This document shows, one piece after another, positions 42,092 through 52,112 of a stretch of DNA of 64,000 bases. Numbering within the stretch: position 1 is the first letter of the stretch; each line of letters opens with the position of its first letter. Under the pieces are notes generated by a model, which was not told the DNA's origin, did not search any database, and worked only from the letters and a program-made list of their open reading frames with translations. Source of the DNA: Rhodoferax sp. (lineage in GTDB: Bacteria; Pseudomonadota; Gammaproteobacteria; Burkholderiales; Burkholderiaceae_C); assembly GCA_046348185.1 (NCBI GenBank), contig JAXMER010000015.1:13834-77833 (forward strand), given 5' to 3'. Made by a program: the position numbers and the translations under genes.

Positions 42092-43344
42092 CCGATGCAG
42101 ACACCACGATCGACGCTGCCGACATCGCCGCATTGCAGGATGCGGCCCGGCGTTTTGCCAAGACGGAAGTGCTGCCGCATCTGGCGCAGTGGGAGGACGC
42201 GGGTGAGTTTCCGCGCACCTTGTACCAACGCGCCGCCGAACTCGGTTGGTTGGAGATGGGTTATCCCGAGGCGCTTGGGGGAACGCCCGCGCCCTGGGCG
42301 CTGCGCAACGCTCTGGCAACCGCCTTGGCGCGCCACGCGGGCAGCGGCGGGCTGATGGCCAGCTTGTTCAGTCACAACATCGGACTGCCGCCCATCGTCC
42401 GGCACGGCAGCCCTGCCTTGCAGGCTGCGGTGGTTCCGGGTGTGCTGCGCGGCGAGCGTATTGCGGCGCTGGCGATTACCGAGCCCGGTGGTGGCACGGA
42501 TGTATCGGCTCTCAAGACCACAGCCCGGCGCGAGGGGGATGAATACGTCATCGACGGTGAAAAGATCTTCATCACTTCGGGCATGCGCGCCGACTGGATC
42601 ACGGTGGCGGTGCGCACCGACCTGCAGAACAAGGGGCCGATGGGCATTTCCATGGTGGTGGTGCCGGGTGATGCTGCCGGGTTGTCGCGCAGCCCGCTGC
42701 AAAAAATGGGCTGGCTATGTTCCGACACTGCACACCTGCGCTTTGACGGCGTGCGCGTGCCAGTAGCCAACCGGGTGGGCGAGGAGGGCGAGGGCTTCAA
42801 GATCATCCTCACCAACTTCAATGGCGAGCGCCTGGGGATGTCGGCGATGGCCCTGGGCTTTTCTGAGTGTTGCTACGACGAAGCTTTGTCCTGGGCGCAG
42901 CAGCGCAAGACCTTCGGGCTGGCGCTGGTGGATCACCAGGTGGTGCGCCACAAGCTCATGGATATGAAGATGCGCATCGAGTCCACGCGTGCCTGGCTCG
43001 ACGCCATCACCGCCCGCGCGGATGCCGGTGCAGTGGCCCCCAACCCTGGCTTCGCCAGGCCCCCCGAGGGGGTGCAGTCGTCCTTGGGGCGGCCCGGCGA
43101 ACGACTGGCGGGTAACAAGTCCGCCAAGGGGCCGGAATGGGTCGCCCAGGTGTGCCTTTTGAAGAATCATGCCACGCAGACCATGCAGTTTTGTGCCGAC
43201 CAGGCCGTGCAGATCCTCGGTGGCATGGGCTTCATGCGTGGCACGGCGGCAGAGCGCATCTACCGCGAGGTCAAGGTCATGACCATTGGCGGTGGGACCG
43301 AAGAAATCATGAAAGAACTGGCGTCCCGTCAGTTAGGCCTGTGA
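42088..43344 (+). CDS. Acyl-CoA dehydrogenase
   Basis: ITEPGGGTDVSALKTTARREGDEYVIDGEKIFITSG and a C-terminal IYREVKVMTIGGGTEEIM. Carries an extra segment that contains type-2 copy T2c. Confidence 0.9.
   Translation: MTDADTTIDAADIAALQDAARRFAKTEVLPHLAQWEDAGEFPRTLYQRAAELGWLEMGYPEALGGTPAPWALRNALATALARHAGSGGLMASLFSHNIGLPPIVRHGSPALQAAVVPGVLRGERIAALAITEPGGGTDVSALKTTARREGDEYVIDGEKIFITSGMRADWITVAVRTDLQNKGPMGISMVVVPGDAAGLSRSPLQKMGWLCSDTAHLRFDGVRVPVANRVGEEGEGFKIILTNFNGERLGMSAMALGFSECCYDEALSWAQQRKTFGLALVDHQVVRHKLMDMKMRIESTRAWLDAITARADAGAVAPNPGFARPPEGVQSSLGRPGERLAGNKSAKGPEWVAQVCLLKNHATQTMQFCADQAVQILGGMGFMRGTAAERIYREVKVMTIGGGTEEIMKELASRQLGL
43059..43095 (-). repeat. Type-2-related repeat, partial copy T2c (in frame inside the acyl-CoA dehydrogenase CDS)
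   Basis: Reverse complement is GGGCCGCCCCAAGGA CGACTG CACCCCCTCGGGGGGC. The first 15 nt are identical to T2a and the C5/G6 hairpin is shared. The 3' module differs (CCTGGC-ttc-GCCAGG hairpin). Confidence 0.6.
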
Positions 43345-43354
43345 GAATGTAGCG

Positions 43355-43858
43355 ATGAACGCCAAAGCCAAGAGTGACAGCGCACCGGATTCAGTGCCCG
43401 TAGTGTTTGAACCCGAGTTTGTGCAAAGCCTCAAAAAGCTCTTTGAGGAAATGATTGTCTTTAACCAGGTGCTGGGCCTGAAGATCAACTCGATTACGCC
43501 CGAACTGGTCTGCGCAGAAATCCAGATGAAACCCGAATTGGTTGGGCATTTCAGCTACAACCGCCTGCACGGCGGCGTCATCAGCGCCAGCCTGGATGCA
43601 CTGGGCGGCCTGGCGGTGATGGCGGCCATCGGTGCGCGCCATATGGACGAGGCGCCCATGCAGCGTCTGCACCGCTTTGCCAAGCTGGGCACCATTGACC
43701 TGCGCATCGACTACCTGCGCCCAGGCATTGGCGAGCGATTCGAGATGCGCGCCGAAACCCTGCGACTAGGGTCACGCGTGGCGTCCACGCGCATGGAGTT
43801 CCTCGGCGCCGACGGCAAGCTGCTGGCCTGCGGTGCGGGGGCGTATATCGTTTCGTGA
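43355..43858 (+). CDS. PaaI/YigI-type hotdog-fold thioesterase
   Basis: NRLHGGVISASLDALGG motif. ~165 aa. Confidence 0.8.
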   Translation: MNAKAKSDSAPDSVPVVFEPEFVQSLKKLFEEMIVFNQVLGLKINSITPELVCAEIQMKPELVGHFSYNRLHGGVISASLDALGGLAVMAAIGARHMDEAPMQRLHRFAKLGTIDLRIDYLRPGIGERFEMRAETLRLGSRVASTRMEFLGADGKLLACGAGAYIVS

Positions 43859-43878
43859 TGCGATTCGTAACGCCGCCG

Positions 43879-44418
43879 TCAAGCCCAACAGCGTACGTCT
43901 GCCGCAGGCACCGCCACAGCACGCGGCCCAAAACTGGTGATGTTGGCTAGCGTCTCATTGTGGTGCGCGGAGATTTGCGCTGCCTTGAGCGTGTCGTTGT
44001 CCAGCGTGGTGTGACCGTCGGCCACCAGCGTAACGGGGTAACCGAGCGCCAGGGCACGTCGGGTGGTGGTGTCCACGCAGAATTCGCTCTGCAAACCACC
44101 GATGATCAGATGGTTCACGCCGTGCTCCTGCAGCAGGGCGTGCAGGGCTGTCTGGTGGAAGGAATCTGTGGCCCGCTTGCGAACGAACACGTCTTTTGAC
44201 TCGGTCAGAAGCCCACGCGCCAGGCGCCAGCCTTCAGAGTCGTACACCAGCGCGCCCGAGGCGGACTCGTGCTGGATGACGACAACCAGGCCGCCAGCCT
44301 CCCGAACGCGCTGCGAGACGAGGTTGATGCGGGCGATGACGCGGTCAGCCTCAAACCCTGCGTATTCGCCATGGCAAAGCGCATGCTGGACGTCGATGAT
44401 GAGAAGTGCAGTGGGCAT
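43879..44418 (-). CDS. Isochorismatase-family cysteine hydrolase
   Basis: MPTALLIIDVQHAL...LIIGGLQSEFCVDTT. ATG 44418 chosen inside ORF 43879..44502. Confidence 0.85.
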   Translation of the reverse strand: MPTALLIIDVQHALCHGEYAGFEADRVIARINLVSQRVREAGGLVVVIQHESASGALVYDSEGWRLARGLLTESKDVFVRKRATDSFHQTALHALLQEHGVNHLIIGGLQSEFCVDTTTRRALALGYPVTLVADGHTTLDNDTLKAAQISAHHNETLANITSFGPRAVAVPAADVRCWA

Positions 44419-44512
44419 GGAATGGTGACTGGGTTTGTTTCGTGGTAGTTGGAATGGCAAGGGGCTGGCTTCTCCATTTTCTGGAACAGCGGCTGTATGC
44501 AAAATGTGCCAG

Positions 44513-44555
44513 TAGCCCCCGTGGAATAATATTCTGTAGCTACGAAATCAGTAGC
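44513..44555 (+). repeat. Type-1 43-nt repeat, copy H (intercistronic)
   Basis: TAGCCCCCG TGGAATAATATTCTGTA GCTACGAAATCAGTAGC. Lies between the thioesterase stop and the isochorismatase-family gene start. Confidence 0.9.
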
Positions 44556-44557
44556 AA

Positions 44558-44968
44558 TCAGCGCTTGGGGATCTCCCGCGGCTGGCCGTTCTGGTCGATG
44601 GCGACATAGGTGAGCGTGGCTTCGGTCACTTTGACGTGGTTGCCCTGGGCGCTCATGCGCTCGGCGAACACCTCCACCTTCACGGTGATGGAGGTGCGCC
44701 CGATCCGGCTCACCTTGGAATAGAAGCTCAGGATGTCGCCCACGCGCACTGGCTGCTTGAAGACGAATTCGTTCACCGCCACGGTGGCAAAGCGCCCGTG
44801 CGTGTACCGCGCAGGCAGCACGGCGCCGGCCAAGTCCACCTGAGCCATGACCCAACCGCCAAAGATGTCGCCGTTGGCGTTGCAATCGGCGGGCATGGGA
44901 ATGACCTTCAGGACCAGTTCTTCATCGGATGGGGGGGTGGCGGTAGCGGGCGGTGTGTCGGGGTTCAT
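44558..44968 (-). CDS. Acyl-CoA thioesterase (YciA-like)
   Basis: DCNANGDIFGGWVMAQVDLAGAV...RIGRTSITVKVEV. ATG 44968 chosen. Confidence 0.88.
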   Translation of the reverse strand: MNPDTPPATATPPSDEELVLKVIPMPADCNANGDIFGGWVMAQVDLAGAVLPARYTHGRFATVAVNEFVFKQPVRVGDILSFYSKVSRIGRTSITVKVEVFAERMSAQGNHVKVTEATLTYVAIDQNGQPREIPKR

Positions 44969-44987
44969 GGGGTGCGGGTTGGGTTGA

Positions 44988-46256
44988 ATGGATGTGACAG
45001 TGCAGCTGACATTCTGGCGTAACAATGGGGCTGTGTCCGATTCCTCTTCCAATGACTACCGCCCCGGCTGGATTCTGGGGCTCTCGCTGGCGCAGCTGAT
45101 CAGCTGGGGAACGCTGTTTTACGTTTTCGCGTTGTTGATCGAGCCCGTGGAACGCGACCTGGGCCTGAACCGCGTGCAGAGTTCACTGGCCTTCAGCCTG
45201 GCCCTGTTGACGGAAGGCATGGCGGCGTATCCGGTGGGGCGCTGGATCGACCGGGGGCTGGAGCGAGCGGTGATGGTGGGTGGTTCGCTGCTGGCCGCGC
45301 TGTGCCTCGGCTTGCACCGCTGGGTGGACACGGCGGCGGGCTTTTATGCGGTGTGGATGGGTGTGGGCGCGGCCATGGCCTGCGTGCTCTACAACCCGGT
45401 TTTTGCCGTGGTGACGCGGCGCTTTCCGTTGCACTTTCGCCGCGGCATCATCACCATGACCTTTCTGGGCGGCTTGGCCAGCACAGTGTTCATCCCGGCG
45501 GGCGACTGGCTCATCCGCCACCTGGGCTGGCGCGAAGCCCTGCAGGTGCTGGCTGGCCTGCATCTGCTGCTGTGCGCGCCGCTACATGCGTGGCTGCTGC
45601 GAGGGGCAACACCCAATGGGGCCGATGCACATGCAGCGCGCGCCGACGCCCCCGCCGACCGCAGCCCGGTGCGCGAACTGTTGCGTTCGACCCCATTCGT
45701 AGGCGTCAGCGCGTTCCTGCTGCTGATGACGGTGGCCACGGCTTCGCTGCCGGTGCACATGATCAGCCTGCTGCGCGAGCACGGGCTGGCGCAGCAATGG
45801 GTGGTGGCGGTGCCAGCACTGATTGGCGTGTTCCAGGTGCTGGGGCGCTTGCTGCTGTACTTCTTCGAACACCGCATGGACATACACGCCGCCAACCGGG
45901 TGATTCCGGCCTTGATTCCATTGGGATTGGCGGCACTGTTGGTGTCACCCTGGCTGGGCGATGCCCACCAGGCAGTGGTGGTGTTGTTCGTTGTGCTGTT
46001 TGGCATCGGCAACGGCATGCTCACGATTGTCAAAGGCACGGCCATGGCCGAGTACGTGAGCGTGCAGCATGTGGCGGTGCTCAATGGGTTGTTGGGTTTG
46101 CCGTTGGCGCTGGTGCGCGCGCTGGCACCGCTGGCGCTGGGCTGGGCCTGGAGCCTCTCGGGCGGCTACGGCGGCGCGCTGGCGGTGATGGTGTGCCTCA
46201 CCTTGGTGGGGGTATGGTCGCTGGTGCAGGCGCAGCGCGGCGGGCGCGCCCCATAA
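44988..46256 (+). CDS. MFS transporter
   Basis: About 12 hydrophobic segments and a YPVGRWIDRG loop motif. Start uncertain. Confidence 0.8.
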   Translation: MDVTVQLTFWRNNGAVSDSSSNDYRPGWILGLSLAQLISWGTLFYVFALLIEPVERDLGLNRVQSSLAFSLALLTEGMAAYPVGRWIDRGLERAVMVGGSLLAALCLGLHRWVDTAAGFYAVWMGVGAAMACVLYNPVFAVVTRRFPLHFRRGIITMTFLGGLASTVFIPAGDWLIRHLGWREALQVLAGLHLLLCAPLHAWLLRGATPNGADAHAARADAPADRSPVRELLRSTPFVGVSAFLLLMTVATASLPVHMISLLREHGLAQQWVVAVPALIGVFQVLGRLLLYFFEHRMDIHAANRVIPALIPLGLAALLVSPWLGDAHQAVVVLFVVLFGIGNGMLTIVKGTAMAEYVSVQHVAVLNGLLGLPLALVRALAPLALGWAWSLSGGYGGALAVMVCLTLVGVWSLVQAQRGGRAP

Positions 46257-46274
46257 TCGGGCTATTTGGCCGCC

Positions 46275-48125
46275 ATGCGCAACCACGGACGTTTCGCTTC
46301 CGACGCTCCTGCGTCGCCCCTCCCTCACGCGCCCCGGTCGGACTGGCAGACGATCCGGCGCCTGTTTCCCTACCTGTGGACCTATAAATGGCGGGTGATG
46401 GGGGCCATCGCCCTTATGGTGGCGGCCAAGCTGGCCAACGTGGGCGTACCGCTGTTGCTCAAGCAGTTGGTGGATGCCATGACGCCAGCGCCCGTGGGCG
46501 TGGCCACTGCCGTGCTGGTCGTGCCAGCGACCCTGCTGCTAGCCTACGGGGCGCTGCGACTGTCGACCACACTCTTTACGGAGCTGCGCGAAGTGGTGTT
46601 TGCCAAGGCCACGCAAGGCGCGGCGCGGCGCATTGCGCTGGAAACCTTCAACCATTTGCACGCGCTGAGCCTGCGTTTTCATCTGGAGCGCCAAACCGGT
46701 GGCATGACGCGCGACATCGAGCGCGGTGTGCGTGGCATCGAATCGCTGCTATCGTTTTCCATGTTCAACGTGGTGGCCACGCTGATCGAAGTAGCCATGG
46801 TGCTGACTATTCTGGCCTTCAAGTTCGATGCGGGGTTTGCCTGGATCACAGTGGGGGCCTTGAGCATCTACATCGCGTTCACAGTGGGCATTACCGAGTG
46901 GCGCACCAAATTTCGCCGCGAGGCCAACGAGTTCGATTCGGCCGCGCATTCCAAGGCCATTGATTCGTTGTTGAACTACGAGACGGTCAAGTACTTCAAC
47001 AACGAAGCTTTCGAGGCCGAACGCTACGACACCAGCCTGGAGCGCCTGCGCCGCGCGCGCCTGAAGTCGCAAACCACGCTGTCGCTACTCAACACCGGCC
47101 AGCAGCTCATCATCGCCACGGGACTGGTGGCCATGCTCTGGCGCGCCACGCAGGGGGTGGTGGATGGGCGCCTGACATTGGGTGACCTGGTCATGGTCAA
47201 CGCCTTCATGATCCAGATCTATATTCCGCTGAACTTCCTGGGCGTGATCTACCGCGAGATCAAGCAAAGCCTGACCGACCTGGACAAGATGTTCACGCTG
47301 ATGGAGCGCGAGCGCGAAGTGGCCGATGCACCTGGTGCCCAGCCGCTGGCGCTACCCCAAGGGCAGGTCAGCGTGCGCTTTGAGAACGTGCGCTTTGCCT
47401 ACGACGCGCAAGGTCCATCGCAGCAAGGGCGCACCATCTTGCATGGCATCAGCTTCGACATTCCGGCGGGCAAGACGGTGGCCGTGGTGGGGCCATCGGG
47501 TGCGGGCAAGTCCACCCTGGCGCGCCTGCTCTACCGCTTCTACGATGTGAGCAACCCCGAAGAGGGCGGCTGCATCCGCATCGCCGGGCAGGACATTCGT
47601 GCGGTGACGCAAGACAGCGTGCGTCGCGCCATCGGTATCGTGCCGCAAGACACCGTGTTGTTCAACGACACGGTGGAATACAACATCGCCTATGGCCGCC
47701 CCGGCGCCAGCACGGAACAGGTGCAGGAGGCCGCGCGCGCCGCCCACATTCACGACTTCATCACCGCCACGCCCAAGGGCTACGCCACCATGGTCGGTGA
47801 ACGCGGCCTCAAGCTCTCCGGCGGCGAGAAGCAACGCGTGGCTATCGCCCGCACCCTGCTCAAGAACCCGCCCATCCTGATCTTCGACGAAGCCACTTCG
47901 GCTCTGGACAGCGCCAACGAGCGCGCCATCCAGGCCGAACTGCAATCCGCCGCGCGCGGCAAGACCACGCTGGTGATTGCGCACCGCCTCTCCACCGTGG
48001 TGGATGCACACGAAATTTTGGTGCTGGAGGGTGGCCACATTGTGGAGCGGGGCACGCACGCCGCGCTGTTGGCCGCTAACGGGCGTTATGCCCAGATGTG
48101 GGCGCTGCAGCAGTCGGGGGAGTAG
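46275..48125 (+). CDS. ABC transporter, fused permease/ATPase (ATM1/HMT1-type exporter)
   Basis: Six-TM domain, Walker [10 protein letters not shown], signature [13 protein letters not shown], Walker [16 protein letters not shown] 46275 preferred over the TTG at 46266. Confidence 0.92.
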   Translation: MRNHGRFASDAPASPLPHAPRSDWQTIRRLFPYLWTYKWRVMGAIALMVAAKLANVGVPLLLKQLVDAMTPAPVGVATAVLVVPATLLLAYGALRLSTTLFTELREVVFAKATQGAARRIALETFNHLHALSLRFHLERQTGGMTRDIERGVRGIESLLSFSMFNVVATLIEVAMVLTILAFKFDAGFAWITVGALSIYIAFTVGITEWRTKFRREANEFDSAAHSKAIDSLLNYETVKYFNNEAFEAERYDTSLERLRRARLKSQTTLSLLNTGQQLIIATGLVAMLWRATQGVVDGRLTLGDLVMVNAFMIQIYIPLNFLGVIYREIKQSLTDLDKMFTLMEREREVADAPGAQPLALPQGQVSVRFENVRFAYDAQGPSQQGRTILHGISFDIPAGKTVAVVGPSGAGKSTLARLLYRFYDVSNPEEGGCIRIAGQDIRAVTQDSVRRAIGIVPQDTVLFNDTVEYNIAYGRPGASTEQVQEAARAAHIHDFITATPKGYATMVGERGLKLSGGEKQRVAIARTLLKNPPILIFDEATSALDSANERAIQAELQSAARGKTTLVIAHRLSTVVDAHEILVLEGGHIVERGTHAALLAANGRYAQMWALQQSGE

Positions 48126-48145
48126 TTTGCAGGGTTTTTGGCAGT

Positions 48146-48188
48146 TGGCCCGCGAATTGATTGGAAGTGCAGCTATTAGAACGATAGC
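48146..48188 (+). repeat. Type-1 43-nt repeat, copy K (intergenic), diverged head
   Basis: TGGCCCGCG AATTGATTGGAAGTGCA GCTATTAGAACGATAGC. Spacer and palindrome are close to copy G. Confidence 0.7.
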
Positions 48189-48225
48189 ATAGCGGATTCA
48201 TGCAAACGCCGCATAATCCGCTTCC

Positions 48226-49206
48226 ATGGAAACCAAATGGCTTGAGGATTTTGTTTCGTTGGCCGAGACGCGCAGTTTCAGCCGCTCGGCTCAGTTGCGC
48301 CACGTTACGCAACCGGCGTTTTCGCGGCGTATTCAGTCGCTGGAGGCCTGGGCGGGCACCGACCTGGTGGACCGCAGCAGCTATCCCACGCGTCTGACGC
48401 CGGCAGGCGAGACGTTATATGCCCAGTCGCTGGAGATGTTGCAATCGCTGCAGACCACGCGCGCCATGTTGCGCGGGCACACCTCTGCGGCGCAGGACGT
48501 GATCGAATTTGCCGTGCCGCATACCCTGGCCTTTACCTTTTTTCCTGCCTGGGTGTCGAGCTTGCGCGAGACCTTTGGCCCTATCAAAAGCCGCCTGATT
48601 GCACTCAACGTGCATGATGCCGTGATGCGCCTGGTGGAGGGCAGCTGCGACCTGCTCATTGCCTACCACCATCCCTCCCAGCCGTTTCAGCTTGACCCGG
48701 AGCGCTACGAGATGGTGAGCCTGGGCGAGGAGCTGGTGGCGCCGTATGTCAAACCCGACAGCAGCGGCGCACCGCTGTACCAGCTGCCAGGCCGCCCCGG
48801 CCAGCCACTGCCTTACCTGGGCTACGCGCCCGGTGCCTACCTGGGGCAGATGGTGGATCTCATTCTCAAGCAGTCGCAAACGGCCATTCATTTCGACCGT
48901 GTCTATGAAACCGACATGGCCGAGGGCCTGAAGGCCATGGCACTCGAAGGGCACGGCATTGCCTTTCTGCCTTCTAGCGCGGTCAAGAAAGAGCTGCGCG
49001 CCAAGCGCTTGGTGAGTGCGGTTCCATCCCATATCACCGGCTTGCAGATCACCATGGATGTGCGGGTGTACCGCGAAAAACCGGTGCAACGCGAAACCGG
49101 GCGCGCGGTGGCGGTGGTGCCGCGCGGCCACGCAGGGGCGGCCGCGCCCAAGCGCAGTGCGCAAGCCCTGTGGGATTACCTGCTGGCGCAGTCGCAAAAG
49201 GCCTGA
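48226..49206 (+). CDS. LysR family transcriptional regulator
   Basis: METKWLEDFVSLAETRSFSRSAQLRHVTQPAFSRRIQSLEAWAG. Confidence 0.92.
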   Translation: METKWLEDFVSLAETRSFSRSAQLRHVTQPAFSRRIQSLEAWAGTDLVDRSSYPTRLTPAGETLYAQSLEMLQSLQTTRAMLRGHTSAAQDVIEFAVPHTLAFTFFPAWVSSLRETFGPIKSRLIALNVHDAVMRLVEGSCDLLIAYHHPSQPFQLDPERYEMVSLGEELVAPYVKPDSSGAPLYQLPGRPGQPLPYLGYAPGAYLGQMVDLILKQSQTAIHFDRVYETDMAEGLKAMALEGHGIAFLPSSAVKKELRAKRLVSAVPSHITGLQITMDVRVYREKPVQRETGRAVAVVPRGHAGAAAPKRSAQALWDYLLAQSQKA

Positions 49207-49345
49207 TTCCAACTCCAAATCATCCGTGTCGTTGTTGCTTCGCCTTGCCGTACGTCTGTACTGTCTGCGGCCTCGTGCCTAGACACAAATTTGGAATGTC
49301 CGCCCAGAAGCCGGCACCAGACAAGGCATTTGGGACAATACGGGC

Positions 49346-50374
49346 ATGAACACCCTTACCATCACCCGCCCCGACGACTGGCATCTGCACGTACGCGACG
49401 GTGCAGCCCTCTGCACTGTGGTGCCGCACACGGCGGCGCAGTTTGCCCGCGCCATCATCATGCCCAACCTGAAGCCACCGGTCACCACGGCGCAGCAGGC
49501 ACTGGCCTACAAGCAGCGCATCCTGGCGGCGGTGCCTGCTGGAGTTTCGTTCGAACCGCTGATGACGCTGTACCTGACCGACAACCTGCCCCCCAGCGAA
49601 ATCGCTGCGGCCAAGGCCGCCGGTGTGGTGGCATGCAAGCTGTACCCGGCTGGCGCCACCACCAACAGCGATGCCGGCGTGACCGACTTGCGCAAGATCT
49701 ACCCCGTGCTCGAAGCCATGCAACGCGAAGGCCTGTTGCTGCTGGTGCATGGGGAAGTCACCTCGCCCGACATCGACCTGTTCGACCGCGAGGCCGTATT
49801 CATCGACCAACAATTGAAGCCCTTGCGCCGCGATTTCCCCGGCCTGAAGATTGTGATGGAGCACATCACCACCCGCGAAGCCGCCGACTACGTGGCCAGC
49901 GCCGACGCCAACCTGGGCGCCACCATCACCGCGCACCACCTGCTCTACAACCGCAATGCCATCTTCACTGGCGGCATCCGCCCGCACTACTACTGCTTGC
50001 CGGTCTTGAAGCGCGAGGTGCACCGCCAGGCCCTGGTACGTGCTGCCACCGGTGGCAATCCGAAGTTCTTTCTGGGCACGGACAGCGCACCGCATCCGGT
50101 GCATCTGAAGGAGCACGCCACCGGGTGCGCCGGTTGCTACACCGCCCATGCGGCCATGGAGCTGTACGCCCAGGCCTTTGATGCGGCTGGAGCGCTCGAC
50201 CGTCTGGAAGGCTTTGCTTCTCTTTTTGGCGCCGATTTCTACGGCCTGCCACGCAACACCGGCACGCTGACTCTGCGCCGCGAAAGCTGGACGCCGCCCG
50301 AACGCTTTGCCTTTGGCGACGCCGAACTCAAGCCCCTGGCGGCGGGCGAGGCACTGGCGTGGCGAGCCGCATAA
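49346..50374 (+). CDS. pyrC: Dihydroorotase (homodimeric type)
   Basis: [14 protein letters not shown]...AIIMPNL...[11 protein letters not shown]...FLGTDSAPH. Confidence 0.95.
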   Translation: MNTLTITRPDDWHLHVRDGAALCTVVPHTAAQFARAIIMPNLKPPVTTAQQALAYKQRILAAVPAGVSFEPLMTLYLTDNLPPSEIAAAKAAGVVACKLYPAGATTNSDAGVTDLRKIYPVLEAMQREGLLLLVHGEVTSPDIDLFDREAVFIDQQLKPLRRDFPGLKIVMEHITTREAADYVASADANLGATITAHHLLYNRNAIFTGGIRPHYYCLPVLKREVHRQALVRAATGGNPKFFLGTDSAPHPVHLKEHATGCAGCYTAHAAMELYAQAFDAAGALDRLEGFASLFGADFYGLPRNTGTLTLRRESWTPPERFAFGDAELKPLAAGEALAWRAA

Positions 50375-51135
50375 TCGTCCCCCTGCACCATATCAACTGG
50401 ACCGCACCCTGGCTGGCCTGCTGGCGCGATCTGGGCGAGCCCCTGGCGCAGCAGGTGTTGCAGGGCCAGGCGCAACCCGATGCACTCAATACCGCCGCGC
50501 TGGCCCCGGTGCGTTTTGTGCCGCAATTGGAGCTGCCTGAAGGCCGGGCCTACGAGCAGCATATCTTTGCGACCGGCTGTGTACCTACCCGCGAAGGGCT
50601 GCACGATTTCTTCAATGGCCTGGTGTGGATGCGTTTTCCCTTGGCCAAGCGCGCCTTAAACCGCTTGCAGGCCAGCCAAATCGCGCAAGATGGCGTAGGC
50701 GCCAGGCGCGGCGCTGTGCGCGACGCCATCACGGTGTTGGACGAGAACGGCGCTTTGCTGCAGGCGCCCGATGCGCTGTGGAAGGCGCTGGTGCGCAAGG
50801 ACTGGGCGGCCGTGTTTGGGGAACTGCGCCCGATGTGGCAGCAGACCCGTCTGGTCCTGTTTGGTCATGCGCTGATGGAGCAGCTGGTATTCCCCAGAAA
50901 ACCCATTACAGCCCACGTCGTTGCTGTACCTGAAGCTATCGAAACGATAGCGCATTGGGACCAGTGGCTGTCCGACCGGGTCAGTGCACCGTGGCTGGCG
51001 GCCAAGCCCTTTGCCCACCTGCCGGTGCTGGGTGTACCCGGATGGTGGCGCCCCAATGAAGATCCTGCCTTCTACGACGACGCACAGGTTTTCCGGCCCC
51101 TGCGCCCAATCCCCCAGCGGGCAAAGGCACATTGA
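50359..51135 (+). CDS. DUF3025 domain-containing protein
   Basis: [49 protein letters not shown]. Overlaps the pyrC end by 16 nt. Hosts type-1 copy L. Confidence 0.75.
   Translation: MASRIIVPLHHINWTAPWLACWRDLGEPLAQQVLQGQAQPDALNTAALAPVRFVPQLELPEGRAYEQHIFATGCVPTREGLHDFFNGLVWMRFPLAKRALNRLQASQIAQDGVGARRGAVRDAITVLDENGALLQAPDALWKALVRKDWAAVFGELRPMWQQTRLVLFGHALMEQLVFPRKPITAHVVAVPEAIETIAHWDQWLSDRVSAPWLAAKPFAHLPVLGVPGWWRPNEDPAFYDDAQVFRPLRPIPQRAKAH
50909..50951 (+). repeat. Type-1 43-nt repeat, copy L (inside the DUF3025 CDS), diverged head
   Basis: CAGCCCACG TCGTTGCTGTACCTGAA GCTATCGAAACGATAGC. Read as [15 protein letters not shown]. Confidence 0.7.
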
Positions 51136-51223
51136 GCGCGGACTTCCTTGAAATTGCACAAATCGCCCTTACCATCTCGGCCTGCCAACGTCGGAAGTTG
51201 GCGTTGACTCCTGAGGAAAGACC

Positions 51224-52102
51224 ATGAAACGCATCATCTTGTTTGTCCTGACCAACGTACTGGTCGTTGCCGTATTGGGCATTGTGGCCAGTCTGCTGGG
51301 GGTCAACCGCTACCTCACTGCCAATGGCCTGAACCTAAGCGCCTTGCTGGGCTACGCGCTCATCATGGGTTTTGGCGGCGCCACGATTTCGCTGCTGATC
51401 AGCAAGCCCATGGCCAAGTGGACCACGCCGGGCCTGCGCGTTATCGAACAACCCCAGAACCAGGATGAAGCCTGGATTGTCAACACGGTGCAAAAGCTGG
51501 CCCAGAAGGCCGGTATCGGCATGCCCGAAGTGGCCATTTTTGAGGGCGAACCCAATGCCTTTGCCACAGGCGCCTTCAAGGACTCGGCCCTGGTGGCTGT
51601 GTCCGATGGTCTGCTGCGCGGCATGACTGCCGAGGAGATCGAGGCCGTGATCGGCCACGAGGTGGCGCACATTGCCAATGGCGACATGGTCACCATGACC
51701 CTGATCCAAGGGGTGATGAACACCTTTGTCGTGTTCCTGAGCCGGGTGGTCGGCTACGCGGTGGACAGCTTCCTGAGCAAGGGCGAGGAGCGCCGGGGCC
51801 CAGGCATCGGCTACATGGTCACAACCTTCGTGCTGGACTTGGTGCTGGGCTTTGCTGCCGCCATGGTGGTGGCCTGGTTCTCGCGCCAGCGCGAATTCCG
51901 CGCCGATGCCGGTTCGACCCAACTGCTGGGCCACCGCCAACCGATGGTGAATGCCCTGGCGCGCCTGGGTGGCATGGTGCCTGGTGAACTGCCCAAGAGC
52001 GTGGCTGCATTTGGCATTACCGGCGGCGTCGGGCAACTGTTTGCAACCCATCCGCCCATTGAAGAGCGTATTGCTGCGCTACAGAATCTGCAGCAAAACT
52101 GA
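51224..52102 (+). CDS. htpX: Zinc metalloprotease HtpX
   Basis: [21 protein letters not shown] and the zinc motif [11 protein letters not shown]. Confidence 0.95.
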   Translation: MKRIILFVLTNVLVVAVLGIVASLLGVNRYLTANGLNLSALLGYALIMGFGGATISLLISKPMAKWTTPGLRVIEQPQNQDEAWIVNTVQKLAQKAGIGMPEVAIFEGEPNAFATGAFKDSALVAVSDGLLRGMTAEEIEAVIGHEVAHIANGDMVTMTLIQGVMNTFVVFLSRVVGYAVDSFLSKGEERRGPGIGYMVTTFVLDLVLGFAAAMVVAWFSRQREFRADAGSTQLLGHRQPMVNALARLGGMVPGELPKSVAAFGITGGVGQLFATHPPIEERIAALQNLQQN

Positions 52103-52112
52103 GGTGCGACGC

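Noticed and set aside
41006-42319. 437-aa minus-strand ORF
   Set aside because: Antisense to the TetR, SDR and ACAD genes. Arg/Pro/His-rich shadow ORF.
51147-51177. Sigma-32-like promoter upstream of htpX (CTTGAAA ... CCATCT)
   Set aside because: The -35-like element is good, but the -10-like element matches only CCAT-T and the spacer is about 16 nt, longer than the consensus. Too weak to call without a mapped transcription start.
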